A stretch of 64,000 nucleotides of DNA, from contig CAVRAY010000001.1 of the NCBI GenBank assembly GCA_963719225.1, positions 2,784,001 through 2,848,000 on the forward strand, read 5' to 3'. The translations under genes were made by a program, and so were the position numbers. The DNA is from Thermoanaerobaculia bacterium (GTDB lineage Bacteria > Acidobacteriota > Thermoanaerobaculia > UBA5066). Positions 37,143 to 47,645 of this stretch are shown here, in pieces. The notes beneath the pieces were generated by a model. It was not told where the DNA came from, did not search any database, and was given only the letters and a program-made list of their open reading frames with translations. Position 1 is the first letter of the stretch. Each line of letters opens with the position of its first letter.

Positions 37143-39211
37143 TGTTTGCGCGAGATCCCCGGCGTCGGCCGCGGCGGTCGCCCGGTGCCCTCCGCCACGC
37201 GATTCGCCACGACGAGCTGGTCGCGCGCGCGGGAGAAGGCGCCCGCAAGACGCGCGACCTCCTTCGCCGCGGCGGCGCGGTCGTTCCGGCCGACGGCCTC
37301 TTCGAGCGCCGGGAACGGTATGGCACCGCACCCGGTCTCGGGCGAAGGCCCCCAGAGGCGGCAACCCCGCCCAAAGGGCGCGCCGGGCGCGGTGAAAGCG
37401 CCGAGCGCCACCGAGAGGAGACGATCGAACCGGCCCGCGTCCTTTCCCGGACCCTCCGCACCTCGCACACGGAGATCCCATGTGCGCGCCTCGGCCTCGA
37501 AAAGCTCGATCTGGCTCGAGACGGGCCGGGTGATTTGCGGAATCCACCCGATGGAGGAGGGATGGCGCGACTGGATCTCGAGTACCTTGCGGCTCGAGAA
37601 ATCGGCGAGCTCGGCGAACCGGAGCGGAAAAAGGCGCGGGGTCGCGAGCATGCCGACGTACAGGGCGAGGATCCGGCTGAGCGCTGCGGATCGCACGAAG
37701 CCGGGGTCGCCGAAGCGCTTCATCCACGTCACCGTGTCATAAAGAGTGTGGTAGCTCCCATACCAGCGGCCGAAGCCGAGCTCGGCGACCGGCGTCGCCG
37801 AAAACCCGAGAAACGGCGCGGCATCGCTGGAGAAGCCCGGCAGCTCGGGAACGCCGGAGGTCTCCGCGAAAGTCCTGCCTGAAGCCCCCGGATCGCGCAC
37901 GAGCCTGAGAACGTCCGCGAGCGGGCCGCTGAGACCCGGGGTTGCGCTCAGATAGAGGTCGTTCGCGCGGACGGCCGAATCGACGTTGACGAAAGCGAGC
38001 GCTGGAATCTCCCCGCTCGCGAGTCGCTCCTCGAGCCACCATGTGGACCCGAACATGCCGGGCTCCTCGCCGTCGAAGAATGCGAACACGACGGGACGCG
38101 AAGGCTTCCAACCGCGCTCCACGAGACGCGCGAGCGCGGCCGCGGTCTCGAGCACGACAGCCGTGCCGGACGAGGGATCCACGGCGCCGTAAACCCAGGC
38201 GTCGATGTGGCTGCCGACGATCACCGGCGAGGCCAGCGGGTCGGCCCCCGGAATGGTCGCAAGGACATTGCGGAGCGAGGCGCGCACGCGCTTCCCCCGG
38301 ACGGTCATGCGCACGCGCGCCGGCCCGGGGCCGAGCGCGTAAGGCGCGTCGAGGAGTCCCTTCCAGTCCGGGGGAGACGCCGGTCCCGCCATTTCACGAA
38401 GGAGCGCCTCGGCGACCTCGCCCGAGATCGCGAGGGCGGGGATCTTCGGCAGGGTGTCGACGCCCATCACCTTCGCACGCCCTGGATCGCCCGGCCGGAG
38501 GAAGTATTTGAGAAGCGAGCCGCGCGAGACCGCCCAGCGGTTCGTGGACGGGCCGAGCGGATAGGCCGGCTTGACGATGCCCTGGTCGCGGGGCTCGAGA
38601 TAGATGAGGAGTCCCGCAACGCCCGCGCGCTCGGCCGCGAGCACCTTCATTCCCCGGCAGACACCCTGCGCCTTGACGAGCGCGATCTTTCCGCGAACGT
38701 CGACGCCCGCCTTGCGCAGGGCCTCGTAGTTCTCGGGCGCACCGAACCCCGCGTACACGACGGGAGCTTCGAGATCGGCCTCCGGCGCGTATGCGAGGAA
38801 AGGAAGCTCGTCCTTCGCGACGGCCGTCGCAGGATCCTCGGCCAGGGCGCGCTCGTGGAGGTCGAAGGCTCGCGGCGCCGGCTTCGTGAGCGCGAGAGAG
38901 AGCGCCACGGGTTGCCAGAGCTCGACCTCGTGCACGTCGCTCCACGTCTTCAGTCCGGCTGTCCCGAGGCGGCGGGCGATCTCCTCCGCGACCTCGGAAT
39001 TCGCGAGGGTGCCGGCCCGGTGCGGACTCTTGGCGAGGGTATCGAGCATCTCGCCGATCCTCTCGGGCGAGACCAGCTCGTCGACGTCGGAGCGGAAACG
39101 CGAGAGAAACGGCCTGCGGGCAGGGAGGACGAGGAGTCCGACGCCCAGGATCACGAGCATCGCGACGGCGGCCGCGATGACGATGACGCGTCGAATGCGC
39201 TCCTCCGTCAG
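37139..39211 (-). CDS. M28B glutamate carboxypeptidase II-like membrane-anchored protein (start CTG 39211 or ATG 39160)
   Basis: N-terminal TM; HIDAW, AVDP, DGEEPG, NVD, YHTLYD. Confidence 0.85.
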   Translation of the reverse strand: MTEERIRRVIVIAAAVAMLVILGVGLLVLPARRPFLSRFRSDVDELVSPERIGEMLDTLAKSPHRAGTLANSEVAEEIARRLGTAGLKTWSDVHEVELWQPVALSLALTKPAPRAFDLHERALAEDPATAVAKDELPFLAYAPEADLEAPVVYAGFGAPENYEALRKAGVDVRGKIALVKAQGVCRGMKVLAAERAGVAGLLIYLEPRDQGIVKPAYPLGPSTNRWAVSRGSLLKYFLRPGDPGRAKVMGVDTLPKIPALAISGEVAEALLREMAGPASPPDWKGLLDAPYALGPGPARVRMTVRGKRVRASLRNVLATIPGADPLASPVIVGSHIDAWVYGAVDPSSGTAVVLETAAALARLVERGWKPSRPVVFAFFDGEEPGMFGSTWWLEERLASGEIPALAFVNVDSAVRANDLYLSATPGLSGPLADVLRLVRDPGASGRTFAETSGVPELPGFSSDAAPFLGFSATPVAELGFGRWYGSYHTLYDTVTWMKRFGDPGFVRSAALSRILALYVGMLATPRLFPLRFAELADFSSRKVLEIQSRHPSSIGWIPQITRPVSSQIELFEAEARTWDLRVRGAEGPGKDAGRFDRLLSVALGAFTAPGAPFGRGCRLWGPSPETGCGAIPFPALEEAVGRNDRAAAAKEVARLAGAFSRARDQLVVANRVAEGTGRPPRPTPGISRKQ

Positions 39212-40491
39212 AGTGTTCGCATCAGGAGGCTGGCGTTCGTTCCGCCGAACCCGAACGAGTTCGACAGGGCGACGGGGATCTTCTTCTCGCGCGCGGTATT
39301 CGGCGTGTAATCGAGGTCGCACTCGGAGTCGGGAGTCGTGTAATTGATCGTGGGCGGAACGACGCCGTGGCGCATGGCGAGCGCGAGAATGCCCGCCTCC
39401 AGGCCCCCCGCCGCGCCCAGGAGATGCCCCGTCATGGACTTCGTGGACGAGACGGCGAGCTTCTTCGCGTGATCGCCGAACACTCGCTTGATCGCGATCG
39501 TCTCGATACGATCACCGGCCGGCGTGGACGTGCCGTGCGCGTTCACGTAGACGACCTCCTCCGGGTTCACGCCCGCGTCGAGAAGCGTGTTGCGCATGAC
39601 GCGGAACGGGCCGTCGCCGTCGTCGGAAGGCGCCGAGATGTGGTACGCGTCGCCGGACATGCCATACCCCACGAGCTCGGCGTAAATCGAAGCGCCGCGC
39701 GCCCTGGCGAGTGATAGGTCCTCGAGGACGAGGATGCCTGCGCCTTCGGCGAGGACGAAGCCGTCGCGGCCCTTGTCCCAAGGCCGCGACGCGCCCTGGG
39801 GATCGTCGTTACGCGTCGAGAGGGCGCGCATCGCGGAGAACCCGCCCACCGCGAGCGGCGTGATGACGGCCTCCGAGCCGCCCGCGATCATCGCGTCGGC
39901 GTCCCCGCGCCGGATGACGTTGGCCGCATCGCCGATCGCGTGGGCGGACGTCGCACAGGCCGTGGCCGTGGCCGAATTCGGACCCTTCGCTCCGGTCTGG
40001 ATCGAAACGAGTCCGGCACCCATGTTGACGATGAGACCGGGGATGAAAAAGGGGCTGATCCGCCGGGGGCCCTTCTCGAGGACGATCTTGTGCGTCTCCT
40101 CGATGAGCGGAAGGCCGCCGATTCCCGAGCCGATGCACACGCCCACGCGCTCGGCGTTCTCGGGCGTGACGACGAGGCCCGAATCGGTCATCGCCTCCTT
40201 CGCCGCGGCGACGGCAAAGTGAATGAACGTGTCGAACTTCTTGACTTCCTTCTTCTCGAGGAAGGCGGACGGGTCGAAGCCTTTCACCTCACCCGCGATA
40301 CGGCACGCGTAATCCGTGGCGTCGAATCGGGTGATCATCCCGACGCCCGAGACGCCCGCCGTCAGGCTGGCCCAGTTCTCCTTCGCCGTGAGGCCCACGG
40401 GAGACACCAGGCCGACGCCCGTGACGGCGACACGCCGCCGGCCTCGGCCGTCGAGGAGGGGAACTGGATTCGCGGACACGCGTCGAGGCAA
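39208..40491 (-). CDS. fabF: 3-oxoacyl-ACP synthase II (start possibly 40479)
   Basis: [32 protein letters not shown]. Confidence 0.96.
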   Translation of the reverse strand: MPRRVSANPVPLLDGRGRRRVAVTGVGLVSPVGLTAKENWASLTAGVSGVGMITRFDATDYACRIAGEVKGFDPSAFLEKKEVKKFDTFIHFAVAAAKEAMTDSGLVVTPENAERVGVCIGSGIGGLPLIEETHKIVLEKGPRRISPFFIPGLIVNMGAGLVSIQTGAKGPNSATATACATSAHAIGDAANVIRRGDADAMIAGGSEAVITPLAVGGFSAMRALSTRNDDPQGASRPWDKGRDGFVLAEGAGILVLEDLSLARARGASIYAELVGYGMSGDAYHISAPSDDGDGPFRVMRNTLLDAGVNPEEVVYVNAHGTSTPAGDRIETIAIKRVFGDHAKKLAVSSTKSMTGHLLGAAGGLEAGILALAMRHGVVPPTINYTTPDSECDLDYTPNTAREKKIPVALSNSFGFGGTNASLLMRTL

Positions 40492-40498
40492 CCCCGGA

Positions 40499-40744
40499 TC
40501 AGGCGGGCTTCGCGTGCGACTCGATGTAGGCGACTGCGTCCTTGACCTTCTGGATCTTTTCGGCGTCCTCGTCCGGGATCTCGATGCCGAACGCCTCCTC
40601 GAAGGCCATGACCAGCTCGACGGTGTCGAGGGAGTCCGCGCCGAGGTCGTCCACGAAAGAGGCCTCGGGCTTCACTTCGTCCGCCTGGACGCCGAGCTGC
40701 TCCACGATGATGCCCTTGACCTTTTCTTCCACCGAATTCGCCAT
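40499..40744 (-). CDS. acpP: Acyl carrier protein
   Basis: [18 protein letters not shown]. Confidence 0.97.
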   Translation of the reverse strand: MANSVEEKVKGIIVEQLGVQADEVKPEASFVDDLGADSLDTVELVMAFEEAFGIEIPDEDAEKIQKVKDAVAYIESHAKPA

Positions 40745-40862
40745 CGCGATCCTCCGAAAGTCTTCGTCGTCTGAAAGACCGGCATTCTGAGGGCTGCCGG
40801 GACCCGATTTCAAGCGTGCGGAGTGTATCCGATCGAGGAAGAATGACGATTTTCAGGGGACT

Positions 40863-41939
40863 TCACGTGCGGAAACCCCGATCGCGTGCGAAGACGATCG
40901 CCTGGGCGCGCGTCCACACGCCGAGCTTGTCGAAGAGGTTCGAGATGTGGTTGCGGACGGTCTTCTCGCTCAGGCCGAGGCGCTGGGCAATGTCCGCGTT
41001 GCTCAATCCTTTGGTCAGCAGGGCGAGAATTCCCCGCTCGCGAAGGGTCAGCGAGGCGAACGCGCGCTCCTCGCCTCTTTCGGCAGGTGCGATTCCCATG
41101 AAGTCGCGGATGGCGGCGCAGAATCGCTCCCAGGCCGGCTCGGCCTCGAGCAGGATGTGGTTCTTCGAGTCCAGCTCGACGAACTCGGCGCCGGGGATGA
41201 GGGCGGCCAGCTGGCGCCCGGAGGCGACCGGCACCACGGCGTCCTCGCGCGCATGGATGACCAGCGTGGGCGTGCGCACCTTCGCCACCAGGTCCTTGAC
41301 GTCCACGTCGCCTCGGGCGCGCAACAGGTCGGCTGCGACCGCCGGCGCACTGGTCCTCCGGCAGAGCTCGTTGAACCAGTCCATCTGCGCGCTGGTCGCC
41401 CCTGGTATGAAGCGCGAGGTGAACACCTGCCGGAAAGCGGGATTGTCCCGGCCCCAGCCGAGGACGGCGAGGTCGACGATCGCCTCGTACTCGCGCTTCG
41501 CGGGGGAGTCGTCGCGGAGCGCCCACCCGCGCGCGTAACCGCCGTACAGGATCAGCTTCGAGACGCGTTCGGGGTGTCTCACCGCATAGGCGATGGAGGT
41601 CGCCGCCCCTTGAGAGACGCCGATGAGCGGGAAGGCGCCGTCGGGAAGGGCCGCGTCGGCGACGGCCTCGAGATCGCCGACCCAGCGCGAGGGGGAGAGA
41701 TCGGCGACGTTCCAGTCGCTCAGCCCGCAGCCGCGCTCGTCGTAGCGCACGAAGCGGAAGTGGTCGGTGAAGAAGCGGATCCAGTGCCTCCAGACGGGGC
41801 TCTCCCATTCGTATTCGAGATGGCTCAGCCAGTTCGAGGCCTTGACCAGCGGCGGGCCGGTCCCGGCCTCGGCCCAGGCGAGCTGCACGCCGTCCGGCGT
41901 GCGGAGAAAGTGGATGCGCTGGCCTGGCCTCTTTTCCAT
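40863..41939 (-). CDS. Alpha/beta-hydrolase-LuxR HTH fusion regulator
   Basis: YDERGCGLSD, GVSQG; C-terminal LTLRERGIL...GLSNADIA..LGLSEKTVRNH. Confidence 0.9.
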   Translation of the reverse strand: MEKRPGQRIHFLRTPDGVQLAWAEAGTGPPLVKASNWLSHLEYEWESPVWRHWIRFFTDHFRFVRYDERGCGLSDWNVADLSPSRWVGDLEAVADAALPDGAFPLIGVSQGAATSIAYAVRHPERVSKLILYGGYARGWALRDDSPAKREYEAIVDLAVLGWGRDNPAFRQVFTSRFIPGATSAQMDWFNELCRRTSAPAVAADLLRARGDVDVKDLVAKVRTPTLVIHAREDAVVPVASGRQLAALIPGAEFVELDSKNHILLEAEPAWERFCAAIRDFMGIAPAERGEERAFASLTLRERGILALLTKGLSNADIAQRLGLSEKTVRNHISNLFDKLGVWTRAQAIVFARDRGFRT

Positions 41940-41946
41940 CGGCAGC

Positions 41947-42002
41947 GGGACGTTCGTCCCATCGATCCGCGGCGATCATAGCCAGATCGGGACATTGTTC
42001 CC
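41947..42002. promoter_or_regulatory. Two palindromic GGGAC-N4-(G/T)TCCC operator candidates
   Basis: GGGACGTTCGTCCC (41947) and GGGACATTGTTCCC (41989), 42 bp apart, between divergent genes. Confidence 0.55.
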
Positions 42003-42053
42003 ATTGGCAACGCGCCGTCTGGAGCCGATCTTACGGCGCAGGAGGATCGGAAC

Positions 42054-42971
42054 ATGCTCACTCACAAATACGACTACAGGTCGAATCTGGAAGCATCGGA
42101 GAAGGCCAACTGGAAGCTCGAAGACGTGATCGAGGGACGGACCTTCGACTTCGGGCGGCGGTTCCTGCCGGAATCGCTCGCGGGGGTGGACGGCATCGGC
42201 TGCCTGAACGCCGGGGAAAAGCTCAAGCTCAATCAGATCCGCGGCTTCACCTACCTGTACCTCTTCGGCCTGATCGAGGAATACATCCTGCCCTCGGTGA
42301 TCGAGCATGCCGAAGGCAGCGTGCACGGCAACGACTACGAGATGCGCGCGCTCCTGCGGTTCGCCGAGGAGGAAGCGAAGCACATCCAGCTCTTCAAGTG
42401 GTTCGTAAAGGAGTTCGAGAAGGGGTTCGGCACGCCCTGCGGGGGAATCGGTCCGGCGAAGGAGATCGCTGCGGCCATCCTCAACCACTCCAGGCTGGGC
42501 GTGTTCCTCACCACGCTGCACATCGAATGGATGACGCAGAAGCATTACACGGAGAGCGTGAAGGACAACGCCGCGGAGCGGCTGGATCCGCTCTTCTCGA
42601 GCCTGCTCAAGCACCACTGGCTCGAGGAAAGCCAGCACGCCAAGCTCGACACGCTCATCGTCGACAAGATCGCGAGCGCGCTCGAGCCGGCGAAGATCGA
42701 CGCGGGCATCGAAGACTACATGTCCATCGGCAAGTTCCTCGACGGCGGCCTGGCCGCGCAGGTGCAGCTCGACCTGGAGAGTCTGCAGAAAGCGATCGGG
42801 CGCACGCTCTCCGCCGAGGAGAAGGCCGAGATCGCCGAGGCGCAGACGAAGGCGTACCGCTGGACGTTCCTCGCGAGCGGCATTACTCACCCGAACTTCG
42901 ACAGGAGCCTGCGCGAGCTGAGCGCCCAGGGCCACGAGCGGGTCGAAGAGCTCGCGCGTGCCGTCGCCTGA
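42054..42971 (+). CDS. Ferritin-like diiron protein (AurF/HDO-like)
   Basis: EEEAKH and EESQH ExxH motifs, HIEWMT; AGGAGG RBS. Confidence 0.8.
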   Translation: MLTHKYDYRSNLEASEKANWKLEDVIEGRTFDFGRRFLPESLAGVDGIGCLNAGEKLKLNQIRGFTYLYLFGLIEEYILPSVIEHAEGSVHGNDYEMRALLRFAEEEAKHIQLFKWFVKEFEKGFGTPCGGIGPAKEIAAAILNHSRLGVFLTTLHIEWMTQKHYTESVKDNAAERLDPLFSSLLKHHWLEESQHAKLDTLIVDKIASALEPAKIDAGIEDYMSIGKFLDGGLAAQVQLDLESLQKAIGRTLSAEEKAEIAEAQTKAYRWTFLASGITHPNFDRSLRELSAQGHERVEELARAVA

Positions 42972-43090
42972 CCGCGAATCTCACCTTTTCGTTTTGCCTG
43001 GGCCGTATCGACGGGGGATAGCTCCTCCCGCCGAAGCGGTCGCGAGAAGCAAAGAACTTGAAAGGGCGAAAATGTAGTACCATTTCGACC

Positions 43091-43336
43091 GTGCGCTTCG
43101 TCTGGCATTGGGAGAACGTCGAGCACGTCGCGCGCCACGGGCTAAGCCCGCAAGAGGTGGAGGCCGTGTTTGGCGCAAAAGACCTCGGCATCGAAGCATC
43201 CGGCAGGCGCGGGCGATGGGTCGCCGAGGGGACGGTCGCGGGGCGTGCTCTCCGCGTCGCGTTCACGCTGAGCGGACCGGACGAAGCGCACGTCATCACG
43301 GCGTATCCGATCGGGCGAAGGAGGCGGCGGACATGA
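43091..43336 (+). CDS. BrnT-like toxin
   Basis: FVW...NVEHVARHGLSPQEVEAVF...LRVAFT....HVITAY. Confidence 0.72.
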   Translation: MRFVWHWENVEHVARHGLSPQEVEAVFGAKDLGIEASGRRGRWVAEGTVAGRALRVAFTLSGPDEAHVITAYPIGRRRRRT

Positions 43337-43665
43337 GAACAAAGCAGAAGCGATCACGCAAAACCTACCGCTCGCTCGCCGAGCTGCCGAAGAGCTTTGT
43401 CCCGCTCGAGGAGGCGAAGCGCACCCTCGAGCGAGACGCCGCGTGGTTCGAGAAACACCTCGGTCCTGACGTCCCCCGAATCACGCGCCGCGGCCGGCCC
43501 CCGAAGGGTACGAAGGTGGAGCCGGGGAGGGTCCGGTCGCTCCGAATACCGGACTCGACGTGGCGCGCGCTGCAAAGACAGGCGAAGGCTTCGGGGCTCT
43601 CGACGAACACGGCGGTGCGTCTCGCCGTGCTGTCGTGGACGGAGCACTCCACCGACCGTCGATAG
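43333..43665 (+). CDS. BrnA-like/RHH antitoxin
   Basis: ATGA overlap with toxin; RRGRPP followed by RSLRIPDSTW ribbon-helix-helix pattern. Confidence 0.68.
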   Translation: MRTKQKRSRKTYRSLAELPKSFVPLEEAKRTLERDAAWFEKHLGPDVPRITRRGRPPKGTKVEPGRVRSLRIPDSTWRALQRQAKASGLSTNTAVRLAVLSWTEHSTDRR

Positions 43666-43668
43666 GAC

Positions 43669-44427
43669 CTATCCGATGTAGAGCCCGCCGCTCACGTTGA
43701 GACAGGTCCCGGTCACGTAAGCGGCGGCATCGGACGCCAGATAGACGACGGCGGCCGCCACGTCGGCGCCCGTCCCGAGCCGTCCGAGGACGATCTGGTC
43801 GACGAGCGCCTTTTTCTGGTCGTCGTTCAGCGCACCCGTCATGGACGTCTCGATGTAGCCCGGCGCGACCGCGTTCACGGTGATCCCCCGCGATCCGATC
43901 TCGCGCGCGAGCGCCTTCGTGAACCCGACGACGCCGGCCTTCGCCGCGGCGTAGTTCGTCTGGCCCGGGTTTCCCATGAGGCCCACCACGGACGTGATGT
44001 TCACGATGCGCCCCGGAACCTTCTTCTTCAGCATGACCTTCGCGGCCTCCTGGGCGCAGAGGAAGACGCCGGTGAGGTCCGTCGTGAGGACCTTGTCCCA
44101 GGATTCCTTCGACATCCTGAGGATGAGGCCGTCGTCGGTGATGCCGGCGTTGTTCACGAGGACGTCGAGCTTGCCGTGCTTTTCCACGATCCCCTTGAAG
44201 GCGGCCGAGACGGAAGCGGGATTCGTGACGTCGAGGCGCACGGCCTCGGCCCGGCCGCCTGCCGACGTGATCGCGTGCGCGACCGCGGCGGCTTTGTCTT
44301 CGCTGCGCGCGGCGACGACGACGAGCGCGCCTGCCGCGGCGAGCGCGTTCGCGATCGACTCGCCTATCCCCTGCGAGCCGCCGGTGACGAGCGCGATCTT
44401 TCCCTCGAGCGAGAACGAAAGAGCCAT
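43669..44427 (-). CDS. fabG: 3-oxoacyl-ACP reductase
   Basis: TGGSQGIG, NNAGIT, NYAAAK; fab cluster context. Confidence 0.95.
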   Translation of the reverse strand: MALSFSLEGKIALVTGGSQGIGESIANALAAAGALVVVAARSEDKAAAVAHAITSAGGRAEAVRLDVTNPASVSAAFKGIVEKHGKLDVLVNNAGITDDGLILRMSKESWDKVLTTDLTGVFLCAQEAAKVMLKKKVPGRIVNITSVVGLMGNPGQTNYAAAKAGVVGFTKALAREIGSRGITVNAVAPGYIETSMTGALNDDQKKALVDQIVLGRLGTGADVAAAVVYLASDAAAYVTGTCLNVSGGLYIG

Positions 44428-44443
44428 CTGACTCCTTTCTCCG

Positions 44444-45373
44444 TCAGGCGAACGTCGCGAGAGCCGTGGCCGTGGACGTGGTCCTGACCGGCCAGTCCTT
44501 CGCGATGCGTTTCGCGAGACCCGCGAGGACAGCGCCCGGACCGGCCTCGACCGCCGACGGGGCGAGGCCCGCGAGGCGCTGGACCGACTCGACCCAGCGG
44601 ACCGGCGAGCAGATCTGGCGCTGGAGCGAGTCGCGCGCGACATCAGGATCCATCGTCTCCTTGGCGTCCACGTTCGTGACGACCGGAATCGCGAGCGGGC
44701 GAAAGGCCGCCGCCGCGAGGAACGGCGCGAGCTTTTCTTCGGCGCTCTTCATGAGCGCGGAGTGAAAAGGGGCGGAAACCGGCAACGAAAGGACGCGCTT
44801 GGCGCCCTTCGACTTCAGGATCTCGGCCGCCTTCGCGACGGCGGCGGCGCTTCCCGCGATGACGGTCTGCTCCGGCGAGTTGAAGTTCGCGGCCGAGCAG
44901 ACTTCGCCGGTTGCCGCGGCGGCTTGGGCGCACGCCTCGACGACGGCCTCGGGCGCGAGACCGATGACCGCCGACATGGCACCCTGCCCCGCCGGGACGG
45001 CGTCCTGCATGAAAAGGCCGCGACGCCGGACCAGAACGACCGCGTCCTCGAGCGTGAGGGCGCCGGCGGCGACGAGAGCGGCGTACTCTCCGAGGGAGTG
45101 CCCCGCCGCCACCGTGGGCGTTGAACCCTTCGCCTTCAGGACCTCGAGGACGGCGACGGCATGCGTGAGGATCGCGGGCTGCGTGACCGCGGTCTGCTTG
45201 AGATCCTCGTCGCTCCCCTCGAAGGACACCTTCGAGACGTCGAGACCCAGAGGCTGGAGCGCCGCGTCGGCCCGCCGGTAGACGTCGCGGGCCTCGCGAA
45301 ACGCCTCCGCGAGATCCCGTCCCATCCCGGCGAACTGCGAGCCCTGGCCCGGGAAGAGGAAGGCGAGGCTCAA
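44444..45373 (-). CDS. fabD: Malonyl-CoA:ACP transacylase
   Basis: FPGQGSQ, GHSLGEY, VSAPFHS. Confidence 0.96.
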   Translation of the reverse strand: MSLAFLFPGQGSQFAGMGRDLAEAFREARDVYRRADAALQPLGLDVSKVSFEGSDEDLKQTAVTQPAILTHAVAVLEVLKAKGSTPTVAAGHSLGEYAALVAAGALTLEDAVVLVRRRGLFMQDAVPAGQGAMSAVIGLAPEAVVEACAQAAAATGEVCSAANFNSPEQTVIAGSAAAVAKAAEILKSKGAKRVLSLPVSAPFHSALMKSAEEKLAPFLAAAAFRPLAIPVVTNVDAKETMDPDVARDSLQRQICSPVRWVESVQRLAGLAPSAVEAGPGAVLAGLAKRIAKDWPVRTTSTATALATFA

Positions 45374-45377
45374 CGTC

Positions 45378-46361
45378 TCACCAACGGACGAGCGCGGCAC
45401 CCCACGTGAGTCCGCCGCCGAACGCCGTGATGAGGATGATGTCGCCGCGCTTCAGGCGGCCGTCGCGGGCGTACTCGTCCAGCGCGATCGGAATCGAGGC
45501 CGAGCTCGTGTTCCCGTAGCGTCCGATGTTGTTCATGCAGCGCTCGGCCGGGATCTGGAGCCGGTCGGCCGTGGCCGTGAGGATCCGTTCGTTCGCCTGG
45601 TGCGGGAGGAGCCAGTCCACGTCGGCGGTCGTGAAGCCGCTCTCCGCGAGGACGAACTTGCTGACCTCCACCATCGACCGGATGGCGACCTTGAACGTCT
45701 CGCCGCCCTTCATCTGGATGAACGGAAGTCTCTTCTCGAGCGTCTCGGGACGATTCGGCGGGTACGTGGACCCGCCGCCCGGCATCGCGATGAAGGGGGC
45801 TCCCTCTCCGTCCGAGTGGATCGACGTCGAGAGAACGCCGTGGTCGGCTTTCGTGGCCTTGAGGACCGTGGCGCCGGCGCCGTCCCCGAACAGGATGCAC
45901 GTGCCGCGGTCGGTGTAGTCCACGAACCGGGTCAGGAACTCGGCGCCGATGAGGAGGATGTTCTTCGCCTTGCCCGACTGGATGAGCCCGTCCGCGACGT
46001 GGAGCCCGTACAGCCAGCCCGAGCAGGCGGCGTTCAGGTCGAACGCGGCTGCCTTCTTCGCGCCCAGCTTGAACTGCACGACCGGCGCGGCGCCCGGGAT
46101 CAGGTGATCGGGCGTGCAGGTCGACAGGATGATCGTGTCGAGATCGGAAGCCGTGATTCCGGCGTCTTCGAGCGCGGGAAGGGCCGCGCGTACGCTGAAG
46201 TCCGACAGGATGTCTCCTTCGCCGGCGACGCGGCGTTCGCGAATGCCCGTGCGCGACGTGATCCATTCGTCGGACGTCTCGACCATCTTCGAAAGGTCAT
46301 CGTTCGTCAGGATCCTTTCCGGAATGGCCCGGCCCGTGCCGGCGATCGTGGCGTGAAACAT
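45378..46361 (-). CDS. fabH: 3-oxoacyl-ACP synthase III
   Basis: AACSG, PHQAN, GNTSSAS, FGGGLTWG. Confidence 0.96.
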   Translation of the reverse strand: MFHATIAGTGRAIPERILTNDDLSKMVETSDEWITSRTGIRERRVAGEGDILSDFSVRAALPALEDAGITASDLDTIILSTCTPDHLIPGAAPVVQFKLGAKKAAAFDLNAACSGWLYGLHVADGLIQSGKAKNILLIGAEFLTRFVDYTDRGTCILFGDGAGATVLKATKADHGVLSTSIHSDGEGAPFIAMPGGGSTYPPNRPETLEKRLPFIQMKGGETFKVAIRSMVEVSKFVLAESGFTTADVDWLLPHQANERILTATADRLQIPAERCMNNIGRYGNTSSASIPIALDEYARDGRLKRGDIILITAFGGGLTWGAALVRW

Positions 46362-46392
46362 CGTTCCTCCGTAGGGACGTGAAGCCGGAATG

Positions 46393-47403
46393 TTACCTAG
46401 AGAGCGACGGCGGCGCGAACAGCAGTGCCCTCTCGCGGATTTTCTCGGGAATCCCGCGCCGCACGAAGTCGTCGGCCGCCCGGATGGCGTTTCGCACGGC
46501 CTTCGCGTTCGAGCGCCCATGCCCGATCAGACACGCGCCGTTCACACCGAGGAGAGGCGCGCCTCCGTACTCGCTGTAGTCGAGACGCTTCTTGAACGAC
46601 CGAAAGGCGTCCTTGGACAGAAGAAAACCCATCGACGCCTGGAGACTTCGCGTGATCTCCTGCTTGAGCGCTTCCTCGACGAGGTGCGCGAGGCTCTCGG
46701 AGACCTTGAGGATGACGTTGCCCGTGAAGCCGTCCGTCACGATGACGTCCACGTCGCCCCCATACACGTCACGCCCCTCGACGTTCCCGATGAAACGCAG
46801 ACCTGACTCCTTCAGGAGGCTGTAGACCTCCTTCACGGTGTCCGTGCCTTTGCCTTCCTCTTCCCCGACTGACATCAGGCCGATCTTCGGCTTCTCGATG
46901 CCGAGGACCTCCTGCGCGTAGAAGTGGCCCATGACGGCGAACTCGCGGTAGTGCTCCGGCCGGCAGTTGACGTTCGCGCCGACGTCCAGGAGGACGCGCT
47001 TGCGGTCGAGCCCCGGAAGCACCGTCGCGAGCGCCGGCCGGTCGATCCCCTCGACGACGCCCATGATCATCTTCGCGACGACCATGGCGGCACCGGTGTG
47101 CCCCGCCGTGAACATGCCTTTCGCGCGCCCGTCCCGCACGCATTCGGCGGCGATCCGGATGGACGCGCGGCGCTTCTTTCGAATCGGAGTGATCGAAGGC
47201 TCGTCGAAGAGGACGACCTCGTCCGCGTCGACGACGCCGATACGGCTGCCGTTGTACGCGATCTTGCGAAGCTCGGACTCGATCTCCCGGCGCCTGCCGA
47301 CGAGGAGCGTGTCGAGACCGAAGTCCACGGCCGCCGCAACCGCTCCCTCCACGTTGACGCGAGGGGCGTGGTCCCCCCCCATGGCGTCGACGGCGATCGT
47401 CAA
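46393..47403 (-). CDS. plsX: Phosphate acyltransferase
   Basis: IAVDAMGGDHAP, GNVEGRD, DGFTGN, GGAPLLG. Confidence 0.96.
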   Translation of the reverse strand: MTIAVDAMGGDHAPRVNVEGAVAAAVDFGLDTLLVGRRREIESELRKIAYNGSRIGVVDADEVVLFDEPSITPIRKKRRASIRIAAECVRDGRAKGMFTAGHTGAAMVVAKMIMGVVEGIDRPALATVLPGLDRKRVLLDVGANVNCRPEHYREFAVMGHFYAQEVLGIEKPKIGLMSVGEEEGKGTDTVKEVYSLLKESGLRFIGNVEGRDVYGGDVDVIVTDGFTGNVILKVSESLAHLVEEALKQEITRSLQASMGFLLSKDAFRSFKKRLDYSEYGGAPLLGVNGACLIGHGRSNAKAVRNAIRAADDFVRRGIPEKIRERALLFAPPSLSR

Positions 47404-47404
47404 G

Positions 47405-47590
47405 TCAGGCCTTCTCGGCTCCGCTCATGACTTCCCGGCCCTTGTAATGACCGCAGGAGGGGCACACCCGGTGCGGCAACTTCTCCGTGCCGCAGTTCGG
47501 GCAGTTCGAGGTCTGCTTGGGCTTCAGGAAATCGTGGGCGCGGCGCAGGTCGCGGCGCGTCTTGCTGTGGCGGTGCTTTGGATTCGGCAT
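47405..47590 (-). CDS. rpmF: 50S ribosomal protein L32
   Basis: MPNPKHRHSKTRR...CPNC...HRVCPSCG. Confidence 0.96.
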   Translation of the reverse strand: MPNPKHRHSKTRRDLRRAHDFLKPKQTSNCPNCGTEKLPHRVCPSCGHYKGREVMSGAEKA

Positions 47591-47645
47591 GGCGGTCTCC
47601 TGTGACGGTCCGACGCGCGAAGGCGAGGACGAAAAGAGTCTGGTT

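Noticed and set aside
42978-43075. Possible outward-oriented degenerate copy of the repeat (TCACCTTTTC...GAAAGGGCGA)
   Set aside because: Too degenerate to assign; may be terminator/promoter sequence
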